Part shown: piece by piece, positions 39,138-50,623 of the stretch
How the letters are laid out: each line of letters opens with the position of its first letter
Numbering within the stretch: position 1 is the first letter of the stretch
Origin: Nemertoderma westbladi
Lineage: Eukaryota > Animalia > Xenacoelomorpha
Length of the DNA: 64,000 nt
NCBI GenBank assembly: GCA_032718475.1
Contig: JAUCBJ010005472.1
Coordinates: 1 to 64,000 of the forward strand
Direction: 5' to 3'
Made by a program: the position numbers and the translations under genes
The notes under the pieces: model-generated
The model's input: only the letters and a program-made list of their open reading frames with translations
What the model was told of the DNA's origin: nothing
The model's database searches: none

Positions 39138-41027
39138 GTTTGATTGTACAGTTGAATGCCTACTGCTATATTACAATCTAAGCAAGTCTAGTAATTCAGC
39201 ATTAACTGCTAGCCTAGTAATTAATTACCGATACTGCTACTCAGTGTAGCGATATATATATTTAATATTAGAATACCGGTATGCTTATAGTATATATAAG
39301 TATTATTAGTAACTAGAATTAATTACAGAATACCGGTATGATTTCAGCCTAAATTTATATATATATAATAGGCCTATCGTGAATACCGGTATACAGCTTA
39401 CACTTATAATGTATATATATAAGTATAATTACAGACTAGAATTAATTACAGAATACCAGTATGATTTCAGCCTAAAATTTATAGAAATAAATATAATAAG
39501 CCTATTGTAAATACCAGTATGTCGATTATTTTAGAATAATTGAATTTCTAAATTTTAAGGGTTACTTGGTTACTTTAACTTACTTTATTACCGTTATTTA
39601 AGCAGTAGTCCAACTGATATTGAGACCTAATTGTTGTATGGCAGGACTACTATTTATAAATCGTTTGAGTTGATTTATAATATATATATACCCGTTTAAT
39701 GGGTTTTGTCAATGTTTGAAATAAATGTTATTATTTCTGGGGGAGTCACTACACATAAGCTGTGCGCTCTCAGTGGAGTGCTACTTGTTAGACACTAAAA
39801 CAAATAATTCTAATTTACCTAAGTTACTTAATACTACAAATTACGTACAATTCGGGTTGAGATTACAATCTCTAAATAAACACAAAAATTTAATTACAAA
39901 TACACAAATACAAATTTTTAGGGTAATTTTACAAGAAGTCTACTAACCAGCCTAACAAAGGGTTAGAATATCTGGTTATTACAACGGACAGGTTACTACG
40001 GTATTTGAAAATAATAAGTAGTAGTAAATATACTGCGTTGTCCAGATAGGAAAATACCACCGCCTGACGACCTATAACCGTATCGCTATAGGTACTACGT
40101 TATGTATCACGGAGTGTTCCTACCTAGAGATTAATTACCGCGGTCTACCAGAACCAACGTGCCTATTAACCACTTTACAACACAAATATACTGTCTACAC
40201 ACTAATCACCTTCGGAAAGTACTGTACACTAAACCCTAAATTAGGTACAAGTACTTGTACAACAAATAATTAGTAGTTAAAAATACTTGAACAGCTAAAA
40301 GAACCGCGGTATCTGCCGGAGTGACCAAAGCACAAAATCTCCAGTCTTTACCTACGCCGAGCAGCCCTGATGTAGTACCGGGGTTAGTTTAACTATAACG
40401 GTATGTATAACAAACACAATTAATGTAGGAATAAACTTGGGGAATGAATGTTGCGAATAATCGCATAAACTCTGAATAATAAATATTACGCTACGCGTAC
40501 AAACTACTCAAACAAAATGCAGACCAAATACTAACAGACTACTATCAAGCCTAAACAAACTACAGTATATGCAGATTCCAACATGGTTAGTTAGTATGAG
40601 TTCTAACACGGTAGTACGACTTATTCTTTAGGTGGGGATTGACCTTACAGCTCTGGCTGCCCCTACTTCCTAACCGTACTTTATCGGACAGACTCTACAC
40701 ACACTGCAATCCGTTCAGACCCAACAACAGCCAGACAACAGTCCAGCCTACAATTGTCCGTATAGACTGAGCAAGCTTACACGCCTTCTGCTCAATACTG
40801 GCCTACAAATAAATAAAACTGACAGAAATAAGTAAAATCTCAATAAAAAACCAGGGCTGCAGTCCCTGATTAATTATTAAGGCCTACCGGTATATAATTA
40901 TCAAAATCGAATAATACTGCTGTACCTGTACTGTAAGTACCGGTTCGGGTGATCAGGCAGTCAGGCCTACAGGTTTCCGGTCGACCGGTACTTTCGACTT
41001 GATTGCTTACGCCGCAATCCAGAAGCA

Positions 41028-41038
41028 ATATCTGTTAT
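41028..41038 (-). promoter_or_regulatory. Putative non-tRNA primer-binding site ATAACAGATAT
   Basis: Directly follows the LTR terminal CA, lacks TGG, and is the perfect complement of LTR positions 41781-41791. Confidence 0.6.
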
Positions 41039-42227
41039 TGTTTGCGCTTTTAAGAACTTTGACAGTTTAACCTGCCAAATTAGGATGTCTTTTAGATGAT
41101 ATATAGTCTTTAGCCTATGACGAGTATTTGATACACTACATTAGCCGAAGCCAGTCTATGCGCAATCATTCACCCGCTGGATATACCCGGGAGACTGAAT
41201 TCGGAAGCTTAATGATTGATGGTGTAAGCCTACTGTATTATTCGACTGATCGTAATATATAATCTCTGACAAATATTATTCACTTTCGGGAAATATTAAC
41301 AGTTCCTTTAGGACGTGGCGCTCTAAATATGTAAACAGAGTTATGACTTAAACTAGACACAACAAAAAGGCTATAGAGTTACGTATATGGCGCATTCTTT
41401 AGGAGATGCTTTGTTATCAGTTACAATCATACACAATGCTGCACAATGCTGCACACCAATCTGCCGACCTTCACTAATTTTAGTCACATACAAAGAGAAT
41501 AACAGACAATACATGTAGGGCCTATAAAATAGCATTAGATTCACTTCACACCACTTAACATAGGTCGCAATCGTTTATCTGTAACCGGTCTCTCTAACCT
41601 TTAGTATATCAAGAAGGTTGGGTGTCTGACTATTGATCAGTATTCCAAATATAATCTTCCATCAACAAATATAATGAATAACCGACAGCAAAAGCAGTAA
41701 TGTTAAGTAAGATATGCATGATATGTTTAGTAAGCATTGATAAGGTAACTCGTTAACTCGATTTGCATTGGTATGGTTAGATAACAGATATACGTTCTAT
41801 AATTAAGCCTACTAATGTAAAGCTAAAGAATGCTGATATACGGAGGTGCCAAAAGCCGATGTTCTTAGGCTCTGGGCAAAAACATAACACTGAATTCCTG
41901 AGTTTCTGTATCCACCTCCAACACAGAGACAAAAAACGCTCTGATTGGTCGACCGAACAACGAGAGAACAAAGAAACAAAGAAATGTCGACGTGGCAATA
42001 TCAGCTGTTAGCCGTCGTCATGGTAGCGACACTGTTTTCAAGAGTATCGAGCTTATTGCGTCCCGAAATTGCGGATTATGTCCTCTAAAGTACAAATACA
42101 GAAGAAATGGCTTTTATGTCCTCTAAAACACCAGTACAGTAAGGACACGGCCTTTTTATGCCCAGTAAACCAACTACAGAGTACTTTACGGGGAAAATAA
42201 CCGGCTAATTACGCAAAAGCTTTTACA
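41039..42227 (-). mobile_element. 5' LTR of BEL/Pao element (1189 bp)
   Basis: TGTAAAAGC...GCGCAAACA on the minus strand, CCAAT box at ~41945, outer flank ATCAT plus satellite. Confidence 0.9.
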
Positions 42228-42458
42228 ATCATTATGAACCATTAATTATCATACTATTACATACAGTATCATTATGAACCATTAATTATCATACTATTAC
42301 ATACAGTATCATTATGAACCATTAATTATCATACTATTACATACAGTATCATTATGAACTATTAATTATCCTACTATTACATAGTATCATTATGAACCAT
42401 TATTCATACTATTACATACAGTAACATTATGAACCAATAATTATCATACTATTACATA
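42228..42458. repeat. 40-bp satellite, third block
   Basis: About 6 units; one further unit at 44227-44276. Confidence 0.93.
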
Positions 42459-44225
42459 GTTAGTTTATTATTGACCAATAAATCGGTCCAAGTGGGACGG
42501 AATACATATATATATCTGAATACACTCAAGCACTTATTATAATAACCAGTAAAATACGCGGCCGCGGTACTCTCAAATCCTAAATTAAAAGTTACTTAAG
42601 TATACATAAACCAGCATAGCAATGGCCATATTCAAATAATTTAATAAATCATGCTGATATTACCCAAACGTTACGTACAAATAACTTACTAATAAATATT
42701 AAATAAATATAAATACATAATAGAGTTAAACCAATTTAATTAATAATTCTAAATCTCTAAAATCTCTAAAAGTTCGTCTATATATTGCATCGTGGTACAC
42801 AGGGGGTCACTGGATAGAACAGAGCATGCGGATGAATAATCTAATTGGTATTTATTCCTTAAGCCTACTGCCTCTACAAATGAACATGTACAAATAACAT
42901 GTGATTCGGATTGGGGCGAGCCACACCCTGCAAAAACGTCGATCATATGGGACTCGGTTCCATCTCCCTATCTCTACGCTGAGATTGGTCGATAGAAGCC
43001 GGAACCTGGTCCACGCCTTGCGGTGCGACTCCCGGATATCCTGTTGCGGGCGAATATAAATAGTAGGAGTATCTAATGACGGATTAAACGATCTGTACGT
43101 CATAGGCCTCGTTGAATCGCTGATTAGAACTCTGTTGCGTATCTCGGACAGTTTCGTTTGGGCAGGGTCATCCTGACTGTTTAAAAGCCCATCAATGACC
43201 CTACCCATAGGGGTCCCAGCCTCGCGGCAGAGCTCAATCGCGAATATAGCGGGTCTATGCAGGTCTCTTCTTGCCATAAGTTTAAGCAATAGGTTTCGCT
43301 GGCTAGAACGAAACATTGCCGTTGGCTCGGGTTGCCCCGATTCTATGTACAATATGTCTCTGCAAATGTTATTACGTACACCTCACGCAGCGCACAATAG
43401 GTTATTGTAATGTAATGTAATTGTCGAAGCTGAATTACCAATCCAAGTCTCGCAACCGTAGCAGATTGCGGCCACAGCTGCGGCTTGGAATACTTTCAAT
43501 TTTACGAAAATTGGTGCTTCTGAATGCTTTGATAGAAAAGCAAAATACTTATTAACATGCTTATTTTATTGTCAATGTTATTATGACATTTTATCCTTTG
43601 TGTGTACAGCAATTACGGAGTTCATTGAACCGTCCTGCGTTATCAGTGACCCTAGATAAATATATGAATCACAATTCTCGATTGTAAGACACCCATACAT
43701 ATTATTGGTTACAAGTATATCATGTTTCTCGCCCGGAGTTATTTTACCAATTATCATAAATTTGGTTTTTTTACGGTTTATGATCATTCCAGACCGGGCA
43801 CAAAAATTTAATAATACACCAAGTTTCTCAACACAACGGACGCGGTTGGTTGCTAAAATTACTGAGTCGTCCATGAGGATTAGAGAGTGCAGCCAATTTA
43901 AAAAACCATCGGGTAAAGAACACCGTAGCATACGAATTAACGGGTTTATAAAAAAAAGTGAACAAAAAGCAGCTACTTGGTGAACCTTGCAGAACACTTA
44001 CTTATGTTAGTTAGTATCTTAACAGATCCTAGAATACTCTTAGTACCAGTATATAAACATATCAGTGCTGTAAGCATTCTCGCTCCACATCCCATTGATT
44101 TCAATAAATTGAAAAGGGATGATCGGGGGACTTTGTCATAAGCGGTTGAAAAATCTATAAAAACAATATACAACTTTAATTTCTTAAAAATTATGTTATC
44201 TATAAGTAACCGTATAGTTAAAATG
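42459..44225 (-). mobile_element. 5'-truncated LINE (Proto2/RTEX-like RT) inserted in the satellite
   Basis: FIDFSTAYDKVPR, QGSPSSC, LHSLILMDDSVILAT, YIYLGS and TRFRLLSTNLSVEIGRW motifs, frameshifted; 3' end AATAAACTAACT; satellite units on both sides. The clade call is tentative. Confidence 0.8.
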
Positions 44226-45279
44226 TATACAGTATCATTATGAACCATTAATCATACTATTACATACAGTATCATTTAATCAAGATTCAGTCACACGAAT
44301 AATATCATATTCCGCACTGTCTATTAAATACTCAAATCCAAAAGCTTGTTTTTCAGGGACCGACTGTTCAGTAAATCCCGACTGTTCAGTAAAACGCAGT
44401 TTAACAAGGGCTCATTGGTGGCTTCCCCTACTAGTCGTTTCCCTGTTGCTGCCAGGTGGTACCCCTCATCCAGTGCCCATCATGTCGCTTTATGATTTCC
44501 ATATAAAACCATCATTAAGGCGAGAGAAGTTCTCGATTCCTCCAATATTTAACTCCTGATTCCACTCATAGACAGTTCGCCGCCTCTCTGGCGCGAACTG
44601 TAGCACCCATGATAGAGGGGCTAAGGGTCTTGTTCTTTCCCCCTGAACAAAAAGCTCCCGAAAGAGCAGAGATTCCCGTTCAGAGGAATACATAACTTGC
44701 AGTAGCCGAACTTGATCACTGACTTTACCCTAACGACTAATCCCAATATCAGTGTCAACACAGTGTTGACAGACCCCTCTCCCCAAATTTGTCTACAAAT
44801 CTTTATCATTTTGCTTGAAATCAATATATCGTTATCGTTGTCAGTCGTGTCCCCATCAAGACGGAATTTTCGACTTTATCTATAATTTTTTATAAGCGTT
44901 TTAAAATAGTGTCTTTAGCGAAATCGCATCCTCCATATTGTAACCATTATTCATATTGGTCGTAATTTTTTAATATCATTAGAAAACTTGCTTTGCAAGG
45001 TTGCAAAATATGTAACGATATGATATCTGAACTTCGTATGAGAAACACTTCGACTTGAGATTTAGGGGTTCAAATATTGCAAGAGCTATCGCTCGCTGAA
45101 GGTCATTTATTCTATTAATTTATACATAATGTTCTGGAACGCTTTTTTTATGTATGAACAGCTATGCCATAGAGATTTTGTATAGGCATAGCGCAGTAGC
45201 AAACTTACTCATAAGGCCGGCTGTAGTTATTGGAAAGGAATTAATAATAAAAAAATAAAAAAATCTGTGCGTAATATAT

Positions 45280-45425
45280 GGGATGTATATCCCTTAGTAT
45301 CCCTTTTGTATAGGCCTACACACACATACCGGGATGTATATCCCTTAGTATCCCTTTTGTATAGGCCTACACACACATACCGGGATGTATATCCCTTAGT
45401 ATCCCTTTTGTATAGGCCTACATAC
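45280..45425. repeat. 51-bp tandem repeat x~3
   Basis: gggatgtatatcccttagtatcccttttgtataggcctacacacacatacc. Confidence 0.9.
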
Positions 45426-45686
45426 CCATAATAATATAATTTTATAAAAAAAAATTTTCAATGCAGCAATGTAATATAAATACCGTGAACAAACGTTTTT
45501 CATAGTCACAATTACTGGAATACCCCGTTATCTAATAACTACATTCATATAATAATGGTAACATCTAAACTAAAGTACCGCCGGTTTTAATGGAAAATAA
45601 AATGGTACAGTCTACCACCAGAAATCAATAAATTTATACAAAGTTTTAGTATTTCTCATTGTTTCATTGTTTCATTATTTTCATTA

Positions 45687-45826
45687 CTATTCTGCCCATG
45701 GTGGTGGGCCTTCGCCATTCATCCATGGGGGCAATCCCTTTTCTGCCCATGGTGGTGGTGCAAATATCATTTCGTGGGCAATTTGAAGCAATTCATGTAT
45801 GTCATTTGCAGTGGCGCAACGATCTT
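45687..45826 (-). CDS. Terminal exon of mucin-like host gene (PPW repeats)
   Basis: gtgtttttctttag acceptor, phase 1; EDRCATANDIHELLQIAHEMIFAPPPWAEKGLPPWMNGEGPPPWAE*. Confidence 0.6.
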
Positions 45827-46198
45827 CTAAAGAAAAACACAAACATGATTTTATGTATCGAAAAAATATAAAATTATTTAAATATATTAAAATATTATGA
45901 AAATTTATGAAAATATATATTGTTTGAGATTGAATGCAATAATATTTCAGGACATATAAATATGGTAAGTAAATAAACAAGATAAGTTAAATATCAACTG
46001 TAAAAACGAATTAAATAGTTGGGCACAAAGTAGGCAGGTGCTTGAGCAAAAATTTCTGCTTCCATATTTTCTTCCATAATATATAACATTTATGACTGAT
46101 CATTGGTAAGAACTATTAGATTCGTTAAGAAATGAGGATACATGGAGGAGGTTTTGTGGTTGAGGTTTAATTAATGCCTCTATGTAGTGGAGATTTAA

Positions 46199-47751
46199 CC
46201 CTATTAGTACCGGGCTATAAAATGTTGTACAAATACCGGGAGGGGGTCATATTGACCCCCCCCTCTAAAATCTACAAATATTTACGAAAACGTCTGATTT
46301 TTTGTTTGTACGTAGGTATCACTTGTCTGGATCCGACCGAAAAAAAAAATTTTCGAAAAAATGTACTGGGGTGGTTATATTGCAGCACCAAAATTACAAG
46401 TAGTGCACAATTTTCACCAAATTTGAAAGTTACATTTTCGGCTAATTATTTTTCAATACAGGTTTTCTGGGGTGTAAAATACATTGGAAAATATTAAAAA
46501 ATGATATGATTACTATAAATGGCTGTTTAGTCCTCTCTGCGTAGGAAAAAAATGAAAAAAACAAGTAACCAGCACTTTTCAGTTAGAACACAAAATTTTT
46601 AATTCACTTATACGATGCTATAAATTCACATTTTCAGGTTTTTGAGGGCGCTGATTCTAATGGAATACATTTCTAATATGCTAGATCATTGCTACTTGTA
46701 TTTTTCGGCGTAATTTTGCAAATTTTGGTGCTAGCACCAAATTTCGTACCCATCACCAAAAAGTACAAGTTTGCGATGTCCAGTGCAGTTTTTATTGATT
46801 CCATCGGATTCAGGACCCTCATAAACCCGTATAACGCAAGAAACAAGGTGATACTATCTACTTATCAATTTGCATATTTTCCAAAATTTGGTGCTGGTAC
46901 AACAATTTTCACCCACCGGCGAAAAATACAAGTTTGACAACTCTTATGAAATTTTTACTGATTCCATTGAATTCAGAACCATCACAAACCCGTATAACGC
47001 AAGAAACAAGGTGACACAATCAATTGATATATTTGATGGTTTTCAAAATTTGGTGCTAGCACCACATTTTGCACCCACATCCGAAAAATACAAGTTTGAG
47101 ATGTCTAGTTCGATAATTATATTTTCCATTGAATTCAGAACAGCCATAAACCTCTAAAACGCAAGAAATAAATTCTCACAAGCAATTTTATCTATTGAAT
47201 GGATTTTCAAAATTTCGTGCTAGCACCAAAATTTGCACACAGCACCGAAAAATACAAGTTTGATACGCTTCGTGCAACTCGTATATATTTCTTCGAATCC
47301 AGAAACCCAAAAAACCCCAATTGCGTAAAAAACAAGTTTCAAACGATCAATTTACAAAATTGACTTATTTCAAAATTTGGTGCTGGCACCAAAATTTGGC
47401 ACCCACCGAAAAAAACAAGTTTAAAATTTCTAAATCAATTTATATGAATTCCATCAAATTTCTAACACCAAAAAACACGTGTAAATAAAAAATAGAGATG
47501 TTACAATTCATATTTAATGAAATGTAATTTTCAAAAAACGTCTCAAAAAAAATGCCAAAAGTAGGGTTAAAAAATGGCGCTATAACTCGAAAAGTACCCA
47601 ATATTTTTGAAAACGGTTTTCACTACTAGGAAGACAATAGATTTTTAGGAAAAGTCATAAAATTTCAGATTCCCAACTGCGTTTGTTTCAGAATTATAAT
47701 AAAAAAACCACGGGAGGGGTCATATTGACCCCCCCCCCGGGTTTAATAGGG
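46199..47751 (+). mobile_element. piggyBac-type non-autonomous element, complete
   Basis: TTAA TSDs at 46195-46198 and 47752-47755; CCCTATTA termini. Confidence 0.92.
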
Positions 47752-48116
47752 TTAAGTGCTTGTTTGTAGTGGATCTAGTTTAGTGATAGAGGATAAATGC
47801 TGACGTTTTGGTTCGGATGTTGAACGAATTATTTAGTAGGGAGAGGGTAGAGGAATCACATAGTAATAAAGGAAGAGATTAAAAGTAGATATTGTTGAGT
47901 GTATCTATGCTTATTAACCGGAAGTTAGTTATTGTTAAGTGTATCTATGCTTATTAACCGGAAGTTAGTTATTTTCGCAGTTATCTAACCCGCGGGCAGG
48001 AAACATCATCAAGCCCAAGGGTTAAATAATTGGGAAAATAAATAACTTCCGGGGAATATCATTCAATTTGCCGGATGAGGTTGAGGATGAGGATGAGGTT
48101 GAGGATGAGGATGACT

Positions 48117-48500
48117 TAGTGTAGTAGTTGAGGTATACTTAGAACTAGTGTAGTAGTTGAGGTATACTTAGAACTAGTGTAGTAGTTGAGGTATTCTTAG
48201 AACTAGTGTGGTAGTTGAGGTATATACTTAGAACTAGTGTGGTAGTTGAGGTATATACTTAGAACTAGTGTGGTAGTTGAGGTATATACTTAGAACTAGT
48301 GTAGTAGTTGAGGTATATACTTAGAACTAGTGTGGTAGTTGAGGTATATACTTAGAACTAGTGTGGTAGTTGAGGTATATACTTAGAACTAGTGTGGTAG
48401 TTGAGGTATATACTTAGAACTAGTGTAGTAGTTGAGGTATATACTTAGAACTAGTGTAGTAGTTGAGGTATACTTAGAACTACTGTAGTGTAGTAGTTGA
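48117..48500. repeat. 29/31-bp minisatellite
   Basis: Tandem tagtgtagtagttgaggtat(at)acttagaac. Confidence 0.93.
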
Positions 48501-48675
48501 TGTGAAATATGCAGTTTGAATTTAAATTATTACTTGTACCGGAGTGTTAATAATTTGGAAGTGAACGTTCTTGGGTGAAATTGGTTAAATCACTTTGTGG
48601 TGGAGGTGGAGGCTAACTTCTATCACAAAATTCGTTTAACATATAGCACACATTAACTTCTACACGGATTCAGAC

Positions 48676-48822
48676 TAGTGAAATGTACGTACAAACAAAA
48701 ATTAGACGTTTTCGTTGAAATTTGTAGATTTTAGAAAGGGGGTGGGGGGGGGGGGGGGGGGAGGCAAATATGACCCACCCCCCGGTATTTGTACAACATT
48801 TTATAGCCCGGTACTAATAGGG
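48676..48822 (-). mobile_element. Left-end fragment of the piggyBac-type element
   Basis: ...ttttatagcccggtactaataggg|TTAA; similarity ends after about 150 bp. Confidence 0.8.
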
Positions 48823-49314
48823 TTAAAAAAAAATAAAAAAGTAACGCTTTTTTCGGCAGTTAGGCCAGGGATTACGCATAAAGTCTGACGACTTATTTCC
48901 AGTGCGCCCCCCCCCCCCCCCCCCAGAACTTTACTCCCCAGAGGAAACATATTATTCATATATTCAGCCCAATTGTGAATATCATGCAACGGATTTAACC
49001 ACTACACGAAGGTGGGACCTTACCACATTAATGTCTAAATTGGCCGGTGCAAGTATGGCAATGTATTTTGGATTCAAATAATTTCCAAAAGTTAATGAAA
49101 TAGTATAACTTAACATATTTTTCATTAACATTATATTAATTACATTATAAATACTTCCTACTAAATCTTTTTCTTCAGGCTTTTAATCTTTTAGCCGAGC
49201 TATACTCGACAAGAGATCTCCTACACCATAAGCAGCGAAGGGCGCTGAAGTTCCCCAGTCAGCCGTTAAGGGGCGAGATATTTAAATGAAAATATTGAAA
49301 ATATTGTTTCAAAT

Positions 49315-49365
49315 ATATCGGGAGACGCGGGTTCGATCCCCGCTGGTGGCGAATTCATTTTTTCC
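49315..49365 (+). other. tRNA-like 3' half (B box) with T-run; probable SINE/repeat remnant
   Basis: gcggGTTCGATCcccgc T-arm followed by tggtggcg and tttttt; no recognisable 5' half. Confidence 0.4.
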
Positions 49366-50120
49366 GCTCCATTTGCTATAGAGTTGGATCATCCTTAGTC
49401 CTGTTTAATTACTTAATAATTTATACAATCTATGGATGTTAAACACATATACAATTGTTTAATATCCTTTGTTGCTGTTATTGAACTTGCATAAGTATTA
49501 TATTGTAGACGGCTGTCATATAAAGTTGGCACGCTGTCAGATAAAGTTGGCACGCTGGCTGATTTTGTTTGAGAGAACGCTGACTAGTGTGACATTTTTT
49601 TAAGTGATAATAAAATCATTATGTAATGCAAAAAGACAAGCAAGTATTGTACTAAGTACAATAATCATGGCAACCTCCTCGATTTATACTAAGGCTTGTG
49701 TAATGCATTAGGTGGTACATTGGTGTTAGTTTACCATTGCATCTATGGCTTTTTTTTTCGTTTATGTCTATTTTTCGGGCCCACGGCTCATGGACGAAAT
49801 AGCGGAATATACCAGGGACCTTAGAATCGCGGTATCTAGCCGCTGTGAAAATTTCATCAAAATCGTTTGAGCGGTTCCTGAGATTGCTTAGTCTGTCAGC
49901 CAGTTACCAACAATTCTTGCAGAAAGTAACCTGTCGGTTCCTAATAAAATTAAACTAATGAGACCCGTGCGCTTCAAAATTGTGTATTTTTATTCATATT
50001 TTTATATATTTTTATTTTTTTTTATTTTTTTATTTCATATATCATATATTTATTTATTATGCCCCTATATTTATACATTCAAATAAAAAAGCTACACATT
50101 ATTTTCAAATACAAGGTTAC

Positions 50121-50471
50121 CTGGGGGTGGTGGGCAGCATCTGGTGCATTCCCTGGGTGGTGGAGATGATTTGGGTGGTGGTGGAGGTGTTGTTTCCGGG
50201 GGATGTTTAGGTGTTGTTTCCGGGGGATGTTTAGGTGTTGTTTCCGGGGGATGTTTAGGTGTTGTTTCCGGGGGATGTTTAGGTGTTGTTTCCGGTGGAT
50301 GTTTAGGTGTTGTTTCCGGGACGGGTGTTGGAGTGTTATTTCCTTTTTCTGGGGTGGTTTCTTTCGGTGTTGTTGGGCCTTCTGTAGTAGGGGGAGCAGT
50401 TCCTTCACCAGTGGTGGTTGTGGTGGGTGTAGTTCCAGCGGAGGTTCCTTCTGGTTCTAACGTTGTTGCAG
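50121..50471 (-). CDS. Internal exon of mucin-like Pro/Thr-rich host gene
   Basis: ttgcag acceptor, CAG|GTAACC donor, 351 nt, phase 1-1; AATTLEPEG...(ETTPKHPP)x5...PPPRECTRCCPPPP; splices in frame to 45826. Confidence 0.75.
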
Positions 50472-50623
50472 CTGCAATTGTTAAAGAACAATTTTAACAA
50501 TTTTCATTTATTTATTTAAAACACATTATTGTCATCTTTATAATAATAATAATGTAAAATTAAAATAAGTCAGTAATGATGATGTGGCGGAGTTTAGAAT
50601 ATTTGTTTAACATTAGATTTGCC

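Larger units (their letters stand above)
29983..42227 (-). mobile_element. BEL/Pao LTR retrotransposon, internally deleted and 3'-truncated
   Basis: 5' LTR at 41039-42227, a ~1.9-kb leader, gag and protease, only remnants of pol, and a long 3' region that abuts satellite. Confidence 0.85.

Noticed and set aside
27718-42227. Single intact provirus with two LTRs and ATCAT TSD
   Set aside because: The outer flanks do match, but satellite rather than a polypurine tract lies on the inner side of the left LTR, so it is not a simple intact provirus.
44490-44824. Short minus-strand ORFs
   Set aside because: No recognisable motifs or splice support.
46689-47157. Recurrent short ORFs (MLLVFFGVI..., MHIFQNLVL...) in several places
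   Set aside because: By-products of near-identical non-autonomous transposon copies; no domain motifs and non-ATG starts.
49230-49365. Functional tRNA gene
   Set aside because: Only a T-arm/B box is evident; no acceptor or D-arm cloverleaf.
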